Shown: positions 26,965 to 36,308 of the stretch, piece after piece
Layout of the letters: the number at the start of each line of letters is the position of its first letter
Numbering within the stretch: position 1 is the first letter of the stretch
IMG/VR virus record: IMGVR_UViG_3300044726_000045
Span: 1-61,883 of that record
DNA: 61,883 nucleotides
Source: a virus
Lineage: Duplodnaviria; Caudoviricetes
Direction: 5' to 3' (one strand)
Program-made: the position numbers and the translations under genes
Notes under the pieces: generated by a model
Databases searched by the model: none
What the model saw: only the letters and a program-made list of their open reading frames with translations
Told to the model about the DNA's origin: nothing

Positions 26965-28937
26965 TACTGCACCTCTCCGTTCCCGATTAGTTGCAGCGCC
27001 TGACTGACGCTGATGATCGACTTCGAACCCGCGAGATACTTACCGATGGACACCACCTTGATGGCACCCTCAGCCTGCTTCCACGCCAGCACCTTCTTGA
27101 TGGCCGGGTCGTTCACGTCAAGACCTTCCATCACAATCTCGTGGTCGCTCATGACGATGGACCGAAGGTCACTCCCCGCAGCCACCCGAGTAAACGATGA
27201 CGTGTGGTCGGCCTTGGCAATCAGCACCAGCCGCTTGGCAAGGTTCTCAGGAAGCGCAGAGGCCAGCCAATCCAACAACCTCTGTGCATGATTGTGCGCC
27301 GACAGGATGCTCAGATACCGTTCCTCTTCAGCAGACGGCACCAGATCCAGATAGAGCCGGTTCACGACCTTCAGCGTCTCCACAATCTTCACCGCTGACG
27401 CAGGCACGTTCAGCACCTGATCACCGAGATACAGCAGAGCTTCGTTCAGGGGCTTCTTCGGCGTATCGAAGATGACCGGGACGACGCCCAAGGTCTCATA
27501 GACCAGCGCGTTGAAATCCTGAACCAGTCCGTTAGCCGAGCCGCCGACAGTCGGTACCTTCTCGGTCCAGATCCGGCCCGTCGAACCGTCCATGCTCAGC
27601 ACTTCGATATCCTTGAACGACTCCACATCCTGTCCGACACCCACGATGCAGGCGCGGTCCATGCCACGCGCCACAACCGCCGCATGGCTCGTCAGACCAC
27701 CCACCATCGTGATGACTCCCCTCGCCGCATTCATGCCAGCGATATCATCGGGCTGCGTTTCCTTCGTCACAAGGATGCAAGGTTCCTTGCAACTGATTGC
27801 ATCCTGACGGGTGAACACCGGCTTGCCGCTCACGACACCCGAGCACGCCGGAATGCCTTGGAATGCCGCCTGCTTCGTCCACTTCGGGTCCAGCGTCACG
27901 GTCTGGGCCAAGTCAAACTGCTTGGCCGATACACGCTTCACCGCAACCTTCGGCTCAATCAGTCCCTGCTTGGCCATATCCACGGCAATCTTGATCGCTG
28001 CCATGGCTGACCGCTTGCCGGTCCTGACTTGCAGCAGGTACAGCTTGCCGTCCTGCACCGTGAATTCGATATCAAGCATCTCGCGCTTCAAGTTCTCCAG
28101 CTTGAGCACCTGACTCAGCAGTTCATCGTGAACCTGCGCGTTCCAGTCCTTCATCTGGTCCAGCGGCAGGGGCGTCCGGATGCCTGCCACGATATCTTCG
28201 CCTTGCGCGTTCGGCAGGAATTCGCCGGTCACTGCCATGCCGCCCGTGTCAGGGTTGCGCGTGAAGAGCACGCCCGTGCCAGACTGGTCATTCAGGTTCC
28301 CGAAGACCATGGCCTGCACCGTGACTGCCGTTCCCCACTCCCGGTCGTAGCCGTGCATCTTGCGGTATTCGTTCGCCCGATCATTATCCCACGACTTGAA
28401 GACCGCTTCGATGGACCCCAGTAGCTGCGCCTTCGCGTTCGGGAACTCTTCCCCGGCATGCGCCTGATAGCCGTCCAGCGCCAGTTTCAGGCCACCAGAC
28501 AACGACTCCTTGCGAATGCCCTTCACCACCGAGCCATACATCGACACCAGACGGTGGAACGAGTCTCCAAAGCACTTCGGCCCGAGACGTTCGATCCACT
28601 GCGGGATATTGCTGCTATCGAGACCGACGTTCAGGATCGTGTCCATCATGCCGGGGCACGAGACACGCGCACCAGAACGGACAGAGAGCAACGGCATGTA
28701 GCCGAAGTGCGCTTCCAGCTTCGCCAGATATTCCGGCAGAGCCTTGGCAATCTCCTTCATGGTGGTCTTGGGCTTCTTATCGTAATCCGCCCACACACTG
28801 GTCGGAATGACGAACCCCGGTGGCACCGGAACGCCCTCATTGGCCAACCATAGAAGTCCAACACCCTTGCCCCCGAGCAATTCGGTCGAACCCTTCGTCA
28901 GCGTGTCTTTGTCTAAGCCGAACGTGTAAAAGTCCAT
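26964..28937 (-). CDS. ppdK: PPDK-like dikinase: ATP-grasp and phospho-His swivel domains, canonical PEP/pyruvate barrel absent
   Basis: LLGGKG, VPPGF, LSVRSGA..S.PGMMDTILN, QAMVFGN, TRNP, NAQGED, DIEFT, LLQ.R, GGLTSHAAVVARG; only ~190 divergent aa follow. Confidence 0.9.
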   Translation of the reverse strand: MDFYTFGLDKDTLTKGSTELLGGKGVGLLWLANEGVPVPPGFVIPTSVWADYDKKPKTTMKEIAKALPEYLAKLEAHFGYMPLLSVRSGARVSCPGMMDTILNVGLDSSNIPQWIERLGPKCFGDSFHRLVSMYGSVVKGIRKESLSGGLKLALDGYQAHAGEEFPNAKAQLLGSIEAVFKSWDNDRANEYRKMHGYDREWGTAVTVQAMVFGNLNDQSGTGVLFTRNPDTGGMAVTGEFLPNAQGEDIVAGIRTPLPLDQMKDWNAQVHDELLSQVLKLENLKREMLDIEFTVQDGKLYLLQVRTGKRSAMAAIKIAVDMAKQGLIEPKVAVKRVSAKQFDLAQTVTLDPKWTKQAAFQGIPACSGVVSGKPVFTRQDAISCKEPCILVTKETQPDDIAGMNAARGVITMVGGLTSHAAVVARGMDRACIVGVGQDVESFKDIEVLSMDGSTGRIWTEKVPTVGGSANGLVQDFNALVYETLGVVPVIFDTPKKPLNEALLYLGDQVLNVPASAVKIVETLKVVNRLYLDLVPSAEEERYLSILSAHNHAQRLLDWLASALPENLAKRLVLIAKADHTSSFTRVAAGSDLRSIVMSDHEIVMEGLDVNDPAIKKVLAWKQAEGAIKVVSIGKYLAGSKSIISVSQALQLIGNGEVQ

Positions 28938-28975
28938 GTTTTCCACCACTCCATTGGTCACTTCGAACTGCATCT

Positions 28976-29004
28976 ATGGTAGCAATTGGCCCCATGTTTG
29001 TCAA
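28976..29004 (-). promoter_or_regulatory. Sigma70-type promoter for the PPDK-like gene
   Basis: TTGACA-17-TACCAT with TG extension. Confidence 0.7.
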
Positions 29005-29073
29005 GCGCCCACCGCTGGGGGTCGAACCCAGACTGTTCCGGGAAGGCTACAGTGCGCCGTCGTCGGTGAGCGC
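29005..29073 (-). ncRNA. tRNA-like small RNA
   Basis: 10-bp closing stem GCGCUCACCG/CGGUGGGCGC, T-arm CUGGG-UUCGACC-CCCAG, ACUGU/ACAGU stem; no D stem or encoded CCA. Confidence 0.7.
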
Positions 29074-29080
29074 AACAATC

Positions 29081-29109
29081 AAGGTAACACAGGTCAATTC
29101 GTTTGTCAA
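29081..29109 (-). promoter_or_regulatory. Sigma70-type promoter for the tRNA-like RNA
   Basis: TTGACA-17-TACCTT; -10 ends 7 nt before the RNA 5' stem. Confidence 0.7.
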
Positions 29110-29339
29110 TAGAGCTTGCCGGGTGGGTGGTGTTCATCGGATGACACCCATGTGCCGCCCCACGTCTCCAACACCCAGTACGCCTTCCGAGCATCATCAG
29201 TAGGCGCGTAATGACTGTCCGGTGGTGGCTGCATCTCGGGCGCGTTCAACACCCGCTCCAGTTCAGCATTGGCCTGCACCCGCCACACTCCATTGTTCAC
29301 CGTCGCCTCTTCTCCAGATGGCAACTTGATCTGTATCAT
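29106..29339 (-). CDS. Small hypothetical protein coupled to the zincin gene
   Basis: 77 aa, ATGA overlap. Confidence 0.7.
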   Translation of the reverse strand: MIQIKLPSGEEATVNNGVWRVQANAELERVLNAPEMQPPPDSHYAPTDDARKAYWVLETWGGTWVSSDEHHPPGKLY

Positions 29340-30451
29340 CGGTACTTCCCGTGCATGATATCAAAAATCAGGTTGAAATGTTCGGGTCGGTTTCTGGCAA
29401 AACTCACCGGGTCCATGATGTATGCCTCCACCCCGGTGGACACGATCTCCGTGGCAATGTCTTCCCTGTAAATCTTGCCCGTGTATGGATCGAGAAAATT
29501 CCCACGCACAGCAATCTCGTCATCCTCTAATCCCGGCTTGATGGTGTTCAGCTTGTATACCTCACGTGGGGTGTTCGCTTGGCGTTCTCTGAAATCAATT
29601 GCAGCTTTCAACACCTCTGACCGTCGCATCTCGATGTGGTGCGCCACCTCGTGGTAAACCTGCCGCTCCAACTCATTCCCACCCGCGATGTTGACCCCGG
29701 CGATGTCGGCATTGGCACGTCCAGACGTCGCCTTACTCAACTTCAACGACACCGGAATGGAATACGTGCCGTCTTCATTCTGCACAAAGGGATTCTCACC
29801 ACCAAAAATCTTGATGATTTCGTCCAACTTTTCAGCCGGGAACTTCACAGGCTCAAAGGCTCCTGACCCATCAAACGCCCGGAAGACTTGCAAAGCCATC
29901 TTCGTTCGTGCAGACACCCCCGGATGCAACGGATTCTGTGGATTGTCTGTGAACATCACCTTCGAACGCATCTCGGGCGGCACCTTCAGCATCTCATGAG
30001 CCTGCCCCAAAAATTTCCTTTGACGCTCCGAGACCTCATTGTATTTACGATGGAAATCGTCTTCCAGCGCCTTGGCTTCTTTGTAGGAGTCGAGCTTCTT
30101 CGCTGCCGCACCATCGGGCTTCAGCGGCTTCTTCCGGTTCTTGATCTCCTCCGACCACACGGTCCACTTCTTGAGCAAGTCCACGCGAAGATGGTTCAGG
30201 TGAACTTCTTCCCGCGCTTCACGCTTCAGCAACGCCTGAAAGTCTCGACGCTTCTGCTCCAACGGAGACCGCGAACCGCGTGCAAACTGTCCTCCAGTGG
30301 TGGTGCCTTTGGGATCGCGTGGCTGGCTGGGGTCAAACTTCAGGATACGGGCATACGGCTCAACCGGGACTCGGAACACCGGGAACTCATTCCACATGAA
30401 TCGGTCGGCCCCTTCCGGCAACCGCTTCATCTTGATCATTTTCAGGGCCAT
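29336..30451 (-). CDS. Tagged zincin-like metallopeptidase
   Basis: KFDPSQPRD tag; YHEVAHHIE; YTGKIY...TEIVS.GVE. Confidence 0.75.
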   Translation of the reverse strand: MALKMIKMKRLPEGADRFMWNEFPVFRVPVEPYARILKFDPSQPRDPKGTTTGGQFARGSRSPLEQKRRDFQALLKREAREEVHLNHLRVDLLKKWTVWSEEIKNRKKPLKPDGAAAKKLDSYKEAKALEDDFHRKYNEVSERQRKFLGQAHEMLKVPPEMRSKVMFTDNPQNPLHPGVSARTKMALQVFRAFDGSGAFEPVKFPAEKLDEIIKIFGGENPFVQNEDGTYSIPVSLKLSKATSGRANADIAGVNIAGGNELERQVYHEVAHHIEMRRSEVLKAAIDFRERQANTPREVYKLNTIKPGLEDDEIAVRGNFLDPYTGKIYREDIATEIVSTGVEAYIMDPVSFARNRPEHFNLIFDIMHGKYR

Positions 30452-32403
30452 TACCGTTTCCCCTCACTACTGCCGCCGCCGATGTATTCCAGATAAACCT
30501 GAGCCACTTGCACCGGCTTCAACGTGGGATCACCCGTCTGGTAGGTATACCCCGGATGCACCTTCGTCACACGAAATCGTGCGCCACTACCAAGGAGAAT
30601 TTCACTCTCAGTTCGCCTGTCCTTGTCATCCAGATCCTTGGCATTGATGGTCGGAGTCTGCGTATAATCTGGGATCGTAAAATCTTCAACCTTCAACTTT
30701 CCGTCTGCCGTCCACTCAGGATGTTCGAACACCGCAGGATCTTGAACACGAGGAAACTCATAGCGCATCCGTCGAGCCGCTTCCACCGCTGCCACCTTGG
30801 TTCCGGCAGGTAACGTGATGTGGAACTGCACTGCCGTGCCCACTTCATCTTGATGTTTCGCTATCATGCCGGGTTTACTGCCATAGCGTTGGTACAGACT
30901 CTCCCACTTACCCAGTGCCGGATAGCTCTTCGCTCGTCCCCCCGCTTCCCCCAGCATCGTGGACGTGAAACCTTTCTCTTCATACACGGATGGCGGTTCG
31001 CCGTTCGGTCCCTCGTACTGCATGGCCTGTAACGATTCAAACGTCACACCGGGCAGATAGGCTCCACGAATCACTTGCACCGGTTCGTCCAACACCAAAC
31101 CACGATTAGCAATCAGGTCATCGAGATGGTTGGCTTTGTCCGTAATTTCAGTGAGTCGTTCCTCATCGAGCACTGGACCCTTTACCGCCCAGTGTGCCGC
31201 CATGTATCCCGGTCCACCCGGCGTATCCTTCGGGATGTTGTCGTAGCTGTATGAATAACGGAACTCTGGACCTTCCGGTGGAATCATCCTCTGGACGGCT
31301 TCACCATCGTCAGCGTCCTTAATTCTCTGGTGCTCCTCTGGCGTCAACGCACGGATGCGTGCTTCCTTGGTAGGTGCTTTACCTCGACGTAGTTCGTTGA
31401 TCTGGCGATACGTGAATCCCGCATAGCTGTCCACCACGTCCGCGTCTTTGCTGGTCAGCTTGGTCTTCGCCCACTCGGCCCCCGGTCCCTTCTCGTGCCA
31501 CTGATAGCCCTCTTCACTGCTGAAGGAGCGTCCCGTGGTCTTCGTCCACTGGCCTTGGTCATCACGCGGCTGACTCGGGTCGAACTTCCGTGCCATCAAC
31601 TTCTCAATGGCGGTAATCTTTGGATTGCCCTTGAAGGTCCACTTGCCAGATGGCTCCTGCGTCATGAACGACGTGATGTAGGGATAGGCCGACGCATCGG
31701 CTTGATAGAACGCCATCTGCAACGTCGTAAAGTCAGCCACGTCCATACCGACTCGGGTGGCCTTCTCCTGTAACTTCTTAACCACGTCCGCTTCTAACGC
31801 ACTGAACCCTTCATACCCACGAAATAGCGGCCCAATCAGGTCATGGTTCAGTAGTTCCGTAGCCAACGTGATGTCCTTGTCACTGAAGCCTTCCTTCCGG
31901 AGCACGTCCTGCATGATGGGGACGGTGAACTGGTGTTGCGCTTCTTTTCCCGCTCCGGACTCGATAGCCTCGGCCTTCCCGATATCGTGCAACGGAATCG
32001 CCGTCTCCATCAGCTTTTCAACGTCACTCCCAAATCGTTCGGAGATACCTGCCATCTCCTCGTCGGTAAGTTGCTTTTCCCACTCGCGGCCCACGTCCTT
32101 AGTATGGGCCTCGATACTACCCATCTCGGTATGTGTACTGCGTGGATAGTTCTGGGCCACCGCTGGATACTTGATCTTGAGCGTGGCCATGCGGTGTTTG
32201 ATGTTGGTCCAGCGTCCCTTGTCATCGCGTGGCTGACTCGGATCGAATTTCAATGCGGAGACATAGTCCCGCTTCAGGACAAAGCGGTTCTCATATTCCG
32301 TTAGCAGTTGGTCCCGCAGCACAACTACTCTCCGGTGATACGTGTTCGTGCCGCTTCCAACGCCGACGTAATCTTGTCCATGTCCATGACAACTTCCTGC
32401 CAC
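30451..32403 (-). CDS. Tagged HD-domain + VIP2-like ADP-ribosyltransferase
   Basis: Two KFDPSQPRD tags; LHDIGK..H..NHD..AD; Y....YRQIN..RRG, VIRG, EKGFTST, ESEILL..GARFRV. Confidence 0.85.
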   Translation of the reverse strand: MAGSCHGHGQDYVGVGSGTNTYHRRVVVLRDQLLTEYENRFVLKRDYVSALKFDPSQPRDDKGRWTNIKHRMATLKIKYPAVAQNYPRSTHTEMGSIEAHTKDVGREWEKQLTDEEMAGISERFGSDVEKLMETAIPLHDIGKAEAIESGAGKEAQHQFTVPIMQDVLRKEGFSDKDITLATELLNHDLIGPLFRGYEGFSALEADVVKKLQEKATRVGMDVADFTTLQMAFYQADASAYPYITSFMTQEPSGKWTFKGNPKITAIEKLMARKFDPSQPRDDQGQWTKTTGRSFSSEEGYQWHEKGPGAEWAKTKLTSKDADVVDSYAGFTYRQINELRRGKAPTKEARIRALTPEEHQRIKDADDGEAVQRMIPPEGPEFRYSYSYDNIPKDTPGGPGYMAAHWAVKGPVLDEERLTEITDKANHLDDLIANRGLVLDEPVQVIRGAYLPGVTFESLQAMQYEGPNGEPPSVYEEKGFTSTMLGEAGGRAKSYPALGKWESLYQRYGSKPGMIAKHQDEVGTAVQFHITLPAGTKVAAVEAARRMRYEFPRVQDPAVFEHPEWTADGKLKVEDFTIPDYTQTPTINAKDLDDKDRRTESEILLGSGARFRVTKVHPGYTYQTGDPTLKPVQVAQVYLEYIGGGSSEGKR

Positions 32404-32498
32404 CCGGTCTGTTTCTCGGCAGGAAACTTGAGGACGTACTTATAGCTGGGCTTCTTCTTTTTCTTCGGGGGTTCCGTCTTCCATGTCAGCGGCATAAA

Positions 32499-33908
32499 CT
32501 ATGCCTCCCTAATGCGAAGCCACAACACGGCTCTCGTCACCGTCGTCACCGTCACCACTTTGAACTGAATCGAGTCCCACTGGGCGACGTTTCTATTCCA
32601 CGTCGCTACTCCAGCCTCCCCGACTCCCGCTGCTTGGGCTGCGGCAAGCGTGATCGGGGCTGACGCACTGATTTTGTGCGTGGTCGGATCAGGGACCACT
32701 GGCACAGCTTGCGTCCCGGCGACCTTAGACACTTCCACGGATATATCGCCTGCGACATCAGCTTGAATGCTCCATCCGATAATCGTGCCTGCAAAATCGA
32801 CCTGAACCGAGCCTTTCACACCGGTCGTGCCGTCCAACGAGACGCCCACCTTCCGGACGTGTGGCAACTGCACATACCGGGCATCAGCCTGCGCCTGCGT
32901 CAAGGCATCGATCTGTAGGTCCGATGGGATGCCCTGTTGCAACGAGATATCGTCAATGAAGAAACCAATGGCTCCGTTGGTGTCCGTAATTCGCAATTGA
33001 TTGCACTGTGTACCCTGCGGCACCGCGAACTGCACCATCGGGATCACGACCATCTGGTACGACGCGACCTGTGCAGAATCAAACCCGTAGACACCAGTCG
33101 CCAGATTCAATCCAAGACCCTTGGCGGTACCACTGGCGTGCCACTGAAACTTCAGCGCCCTACTGCCCGTCCAGTTCGCCTTGGACTTGATGTAAAGCAC
33201 CAACGAATCGTAGTCGTTCGGGTCTACACCACCAGACGCCATCGCCGCTTGCAGATATGAATTCTTCGGAACCGCTGTGCCTTCCAAACACTTCGTACCA
33301 GTGCGTGGGTTGCTCGTACTACCGATAGTGAAGCCTGATCCTGAAGCGGTCCAGTCCCATTCCGTGGGTGACCCAGCTTGCTCCAGCCACAGGTTCGTTA
33401 CGGCGGCACCCACCGGGGCTGACGTGGCAGCAGACACCAAAATCACGCCGAGCTTTAATTGAGTGGCAGGATCAACATCGGGTTCGGCTGGCTGGGCGGC
33501 TGCGGTGCCTGCTACCACGACAACTGCGGCGGCTGCATTCACCGCGATTACATCGATACGGTCGAGACTCGCATCGGCTGCGGCCAATGACACGTTCTGC
33601 TGAATGCTGTGAATCAGGATGCCATTGATGTAATACGTGGCGGCTGCGATGGTAAAGTTGTAGGCCGAAATCCAGACGATAGCTCCACCACTCACCAGAA
33701 ATGAATTCTGGGCCACGGGTGTAGGTGGAATCTGCGAAGCAATCGCTATCACATCTGCGATGGTCGCTCCACCATCTACCAACTTACCGTCAGCCTGATA
33801 CACCGCAATCCGAGACAAGGCTCCCGGTAGGACTTCATCTTCACCTTCGCCACCACCTCCACCCACTGTGGGTGGCAGAGGCAACGTCATCACCAATCCA
33901 TTGCCCAT
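32499..33908 (-). CDS. Virion structural/tail protein with a possible carbohydrate-binding module
   Basis: AAADASLDRIDVI, FFIDDISL, ADARY motifs typical of tail/fibre proteins. Confidence 0.65.
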   Translation of the reverse strand: MGNGLVMTLPLPPTVGGGGGEGEDEVLPGALSRIAVYQADGKLVDGGATIADVIAIASQIPPTPVAQNSFLVSGGAIVWISAYNFTIAAATYYINGILIHSIQQNVSLAAADASLDRIDVIAVNAAAAVVVVAGTAAAQPAEPDVDPATQLKLGVILVSAATSAPVGAAVTNLWLEQAGSPTEWDWTASGSGFTIGSTSNPRTGTKCLEGTAVPKNSYLQAAMASGGVDPNDYDSLVLYIKSKANWTGSRALKFQWHASGTAKGLGLNLATGVYGFDSAQVASYQMVVIPMVQFAVPQGTQCNQLRITDTNGAIGFFIDDISLQQGIPSDLQIDALTQAQADARYVQLPHVRKVGVSLDGTTGVKGSVQVDFAGTIIGWSIQADVAGDISVEVSKVAGTQAVPVVPDPTTHKISASAPITLAAAQAAGVGEAGVATWNRNVAQWDSIQFKVVTVTTVTRAVLWLRIREA

Positions 33909-33915
33909 GGTCGCC

Positions 33916-34290
33916 TCAGAAGAATCTCGCGGTTACTTTGACTGCATTGGTCAGCGTCACCATCTTCAGCCGCACGAACTTGGCCACGATGTTCGTGGCT
34001 TCGATGCGACCCACAAACGCATCGTTCAAACCGGTTTCGAAGCTGGCCTTCGTCACGAAGTATGGGTCTTCATTCGTATCAGCCACCTGCAAATCCACCA
34101 TGATGGCTCCGGGATCTGCGGCAAACTTGAACTCGGCTGAGAAGCAATTCGGAAAATACTCATTCCGCTGCAACCCCACCGATGCACTGCACGACTCAGG
34201 GGCTGTCGTCACCACGTCCTCGTCATCCCAAACGAGTGCAGGACGACCGGCTTCCAAGGTCTGCGGCTGACTGGTCCCAAACACCGGCAT
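33916..34290 (-). CDS. Probable virion protein
   Basis: 124 aa, beta-rich, in the structural operon; AGGAG RBS. Confidence 0.7.
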   Translation of the reverse strand: MPVFGTSQPQTLEAGRPALVWDDEDVVTTAPESCSASVGLQRNEYFPNCFSAEFKFAADPGAIMVDLQVADTNEDPYFVTKASFETGLNDAFVGRIEATNIVAKFVRLKMVTLTNAVKVTARFF

Positions 34291-34298
34291 GATAACTC

Positions 34299-34610
34299 CT
34301 AGTCGATGACCGACGCGACATGCACTGCACGGTAGTCCAGTTCATCTTGCTTCGCCGTCATGACAATCGAATACTCGACGCTCTTCGGAAGCATCATGGT
34401 GTCGGCGGCAATGAACCATTCGTAATTGCCATCACTGCCTTCGACGTACACCATCGTCACATCAGTAAACATCGGTACGGGCTGTCCCTTCGGATCATGC
34501 AACGTCACCTTGACCGTGGCGGAATTCAAAAAGGTCGGTGGGGCATCCGTGGTCCGCAGGCCGACCATCGTCACCACCTGATCGTTACCGCGTCTCAGCG
34601 TGACTCTCAT
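34299..34610 (-). CDS. Probable virion protein (BppU/Ig-like)
   Basis: RRG.D..V....ATVKVTL.D...G.Y pattern. Confidence 0.65.
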   Translation of the reverse strand: MRVTLRRGNDQVVTMVGLRTTDAPPTFLNSATVKVTLHDPKGQPVPMFTDVTMVYVEGSDGNYEWFIAADTMMLPKSVEYSIVMTAKQDELDYRAVHVASVID

Positions 34611-35089
34611 GATTGGCTCCTACACGCACACGTCAACACCTCAGCCACCATTCTGGTTCTGACAGAGACGCCAGCCGTCACCCTCGGATTTGTGCAACCA
34701 ATTGCACTAGACCCGAGATACTTTACCGTCACCTCGGCTATAACCTTTGGAGTTACTTCTTCCACCGCATCCTCCGGATAACTGACAGCGACACACTCAC
34801 TTGTGACCAGACTGCGGCACTCGATGGTCTCACATTCAATGGCCTGACGCACTTCAATTCCACACTCCATCACCAGCGAATCTACTGATGGTGGGATGGG
34901 TGACTGCCACACTTCTACTCCACAGGACTCCACTCTGGGCCGACAACTAACCTCGGCTGTCACACTACATCGTGACCTGACCTCGCTTGTGACACACGTA
35001 CCGGGCGGTATGACACCCGGTGGTTCGACCGGGACTTCGACTAAATAGGCATAGAGCGCCGGATACAGAATGCCAACGACATTGACCAT
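34607..35089 (-). CDS. Hypothetical Val/Cys-rich protein
   Basis: 160 aa with repeated V.AEV-like units; coupled. Confidence 0.6.
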   Translation of the reverse strand: MVNVVGILYPALYAYLVEVPVEPPGVIPPGTCVTSEVRSRCSVTAEVSCRPRVESCGVEVWQSPIPPSVDSLVMECGIEVRQAIECETIECRSLVTSECVAVSYPEDAVEEVTPKVIAEVTVKYLGSSAIGCTNPRVTAGVSVRTRMVAEVLTCACRSQS

Positions 35090-35265
35090 GGCTCACTTCA
35101 CCGCGACGAGCTTCCTCTCCAGAAAACTCGCCAGTACCTTCATACACGCTGGACAGATATCCACTCTCTGAGAATGCCACCCATCCGGCTGCGACACCGG
35201 CACTGGCCATTGCTGGAGCTTGTCCGGTGGAACTTCATCACCACAGCGATCACAGTATGTTTTTG

Positions 35266-36306
35266 TCATGCGATTTCAAACTGGCCCCACATATTGAGTT
35301 CGTCGGTGTTTGCCATCGCGTAGGGGGTGGTGCCGCTCCAGAGGCCCAGCTTTGCGACCGTGGCCTGATGGTAGAACACCGTGAACCTGTTGGCGTTGTC
35401 GATGCGGCCCATGCCGCGATAGGCCGCTGCGCCATCGCTTGCGTCGGAACCATGCGCGTCGATCATCGTGCCACCAGCTTGATTCATTGTGAGCGGGAGC
35501 GAGAACTGGAAGGCTCCGGTGCCGAAGGTGGTGGTTGACCCGCAATACAACCGGACGCGAACGAGGCAGAAGGGGCCAATCGGCAGGTAGCGCCCGATAA
35601 GCGCTCCGTTCCCAATGACCGGCTGCGTGCCGGTCGTGGTCCAGACCGGGGTGTAGCTGAGCCACGGCATCCCGTAGACATAGCCAGTGAGGTAAATGCC
35701 GGTGTTGCTCCAAAGGCCGTAGCTTGGGTGTGAGCCGAGATACCACGTCCCTTGAGCGACCCCCGGCGTATCGGCGCGACCGGGGTAGACAAAGCCATTC
35801 GGCTGGACGATCCCGGTGTTGAGCAGGTCTTTACAGCGAAAATTTGCATATAGCGTCTGATCCGCAAGAACGGATTCAAGTAAGGCTCCATTTGGCCGTA
35901 GCCCCGGTGACGCAGCGGTCTTGCCGCCAAATTGCAACACCTTCGCAGCTTCCCAATACGAGAGCGTCGAATTCCTGATCAGCTTGCCGGTCGTGCTGTT
36001 GAAGGTCGGGATCGCTTCATCGACAGCACCCGCAGGGCCAACCACATCGCCGCCACTACTCGTGCCCGGTATACCTTGCGGACCCTGAATACCTTGAATA
36101 CCTTGCGGACCCTGCGGACCTTCGGGGCCAATCGGACCTTCCGGACCTGTCTCACCCTGAATACCCTGAATTCCCTGCGGCCCAATCGGACCTTCGGGGC
36201 CTGCGGGACCAACTGGACCTTCAGGCCCCTGTGGACCGACTGGACCTTCGGTCTTCACATTCCAAATCGGCACCCATTCAGTTGTTGCGGGATCGGGACT
36301 CGCCAT
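35266..36306 (-). CDS. Collagen-repeat fibre protein
   Basis: About 20 GXY triplets; C-terminal W.SYTP.W...GNG...GRY...GSTT..G.G...FSLP domain. Confidence 0.8.
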   Translation of the reverse strand: MASPDPATTEWVPIWNVKTEGPVGPQGPEGPVGPAGPEGPIGPQGIQGIQGETGPEGPIGPEGPQGPQGIQGIQGPQGIPGTSSGGDVVGPAGAVDEAIPTFNSTTGKLIRNSTLSYWEAAKVLQFGGKTAASPGLRPNGALLESVLADQTLYANFRCKDLLNTGIVQPNGFVYPGRADTPGVAQGTWYLGSHPSYGLWSNTGIYLTGYVYGMPWLSYTPVWTTTGTQPVIGNGALIGRYLPIGPFCLVRVRLYCGSTTTFGTGAFQFSLPLTMNQAGGTMIDAHGSDASDGAAAYRGMGRIDNANRFTVFYHQATVAKLGLWSGTTPYAMANTDELNMWGQFEIA

Positions 36307-36308
36307 CT

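Noticed and set aside
26964-28973. Ordinary PPDK auxiliary metabolic gene
   Set aside because: The C-terminal PEP/pyruvate barrel and its motifs are not recognisable, and the protein is much shorter than canonical PPDK
29005-29073. Canonical tRNA gene
   Set aside because: No D stem, 12-nt rather than 7-nt central loop, 10-bp closing stem and no CCA; reported as tRNA-like instead
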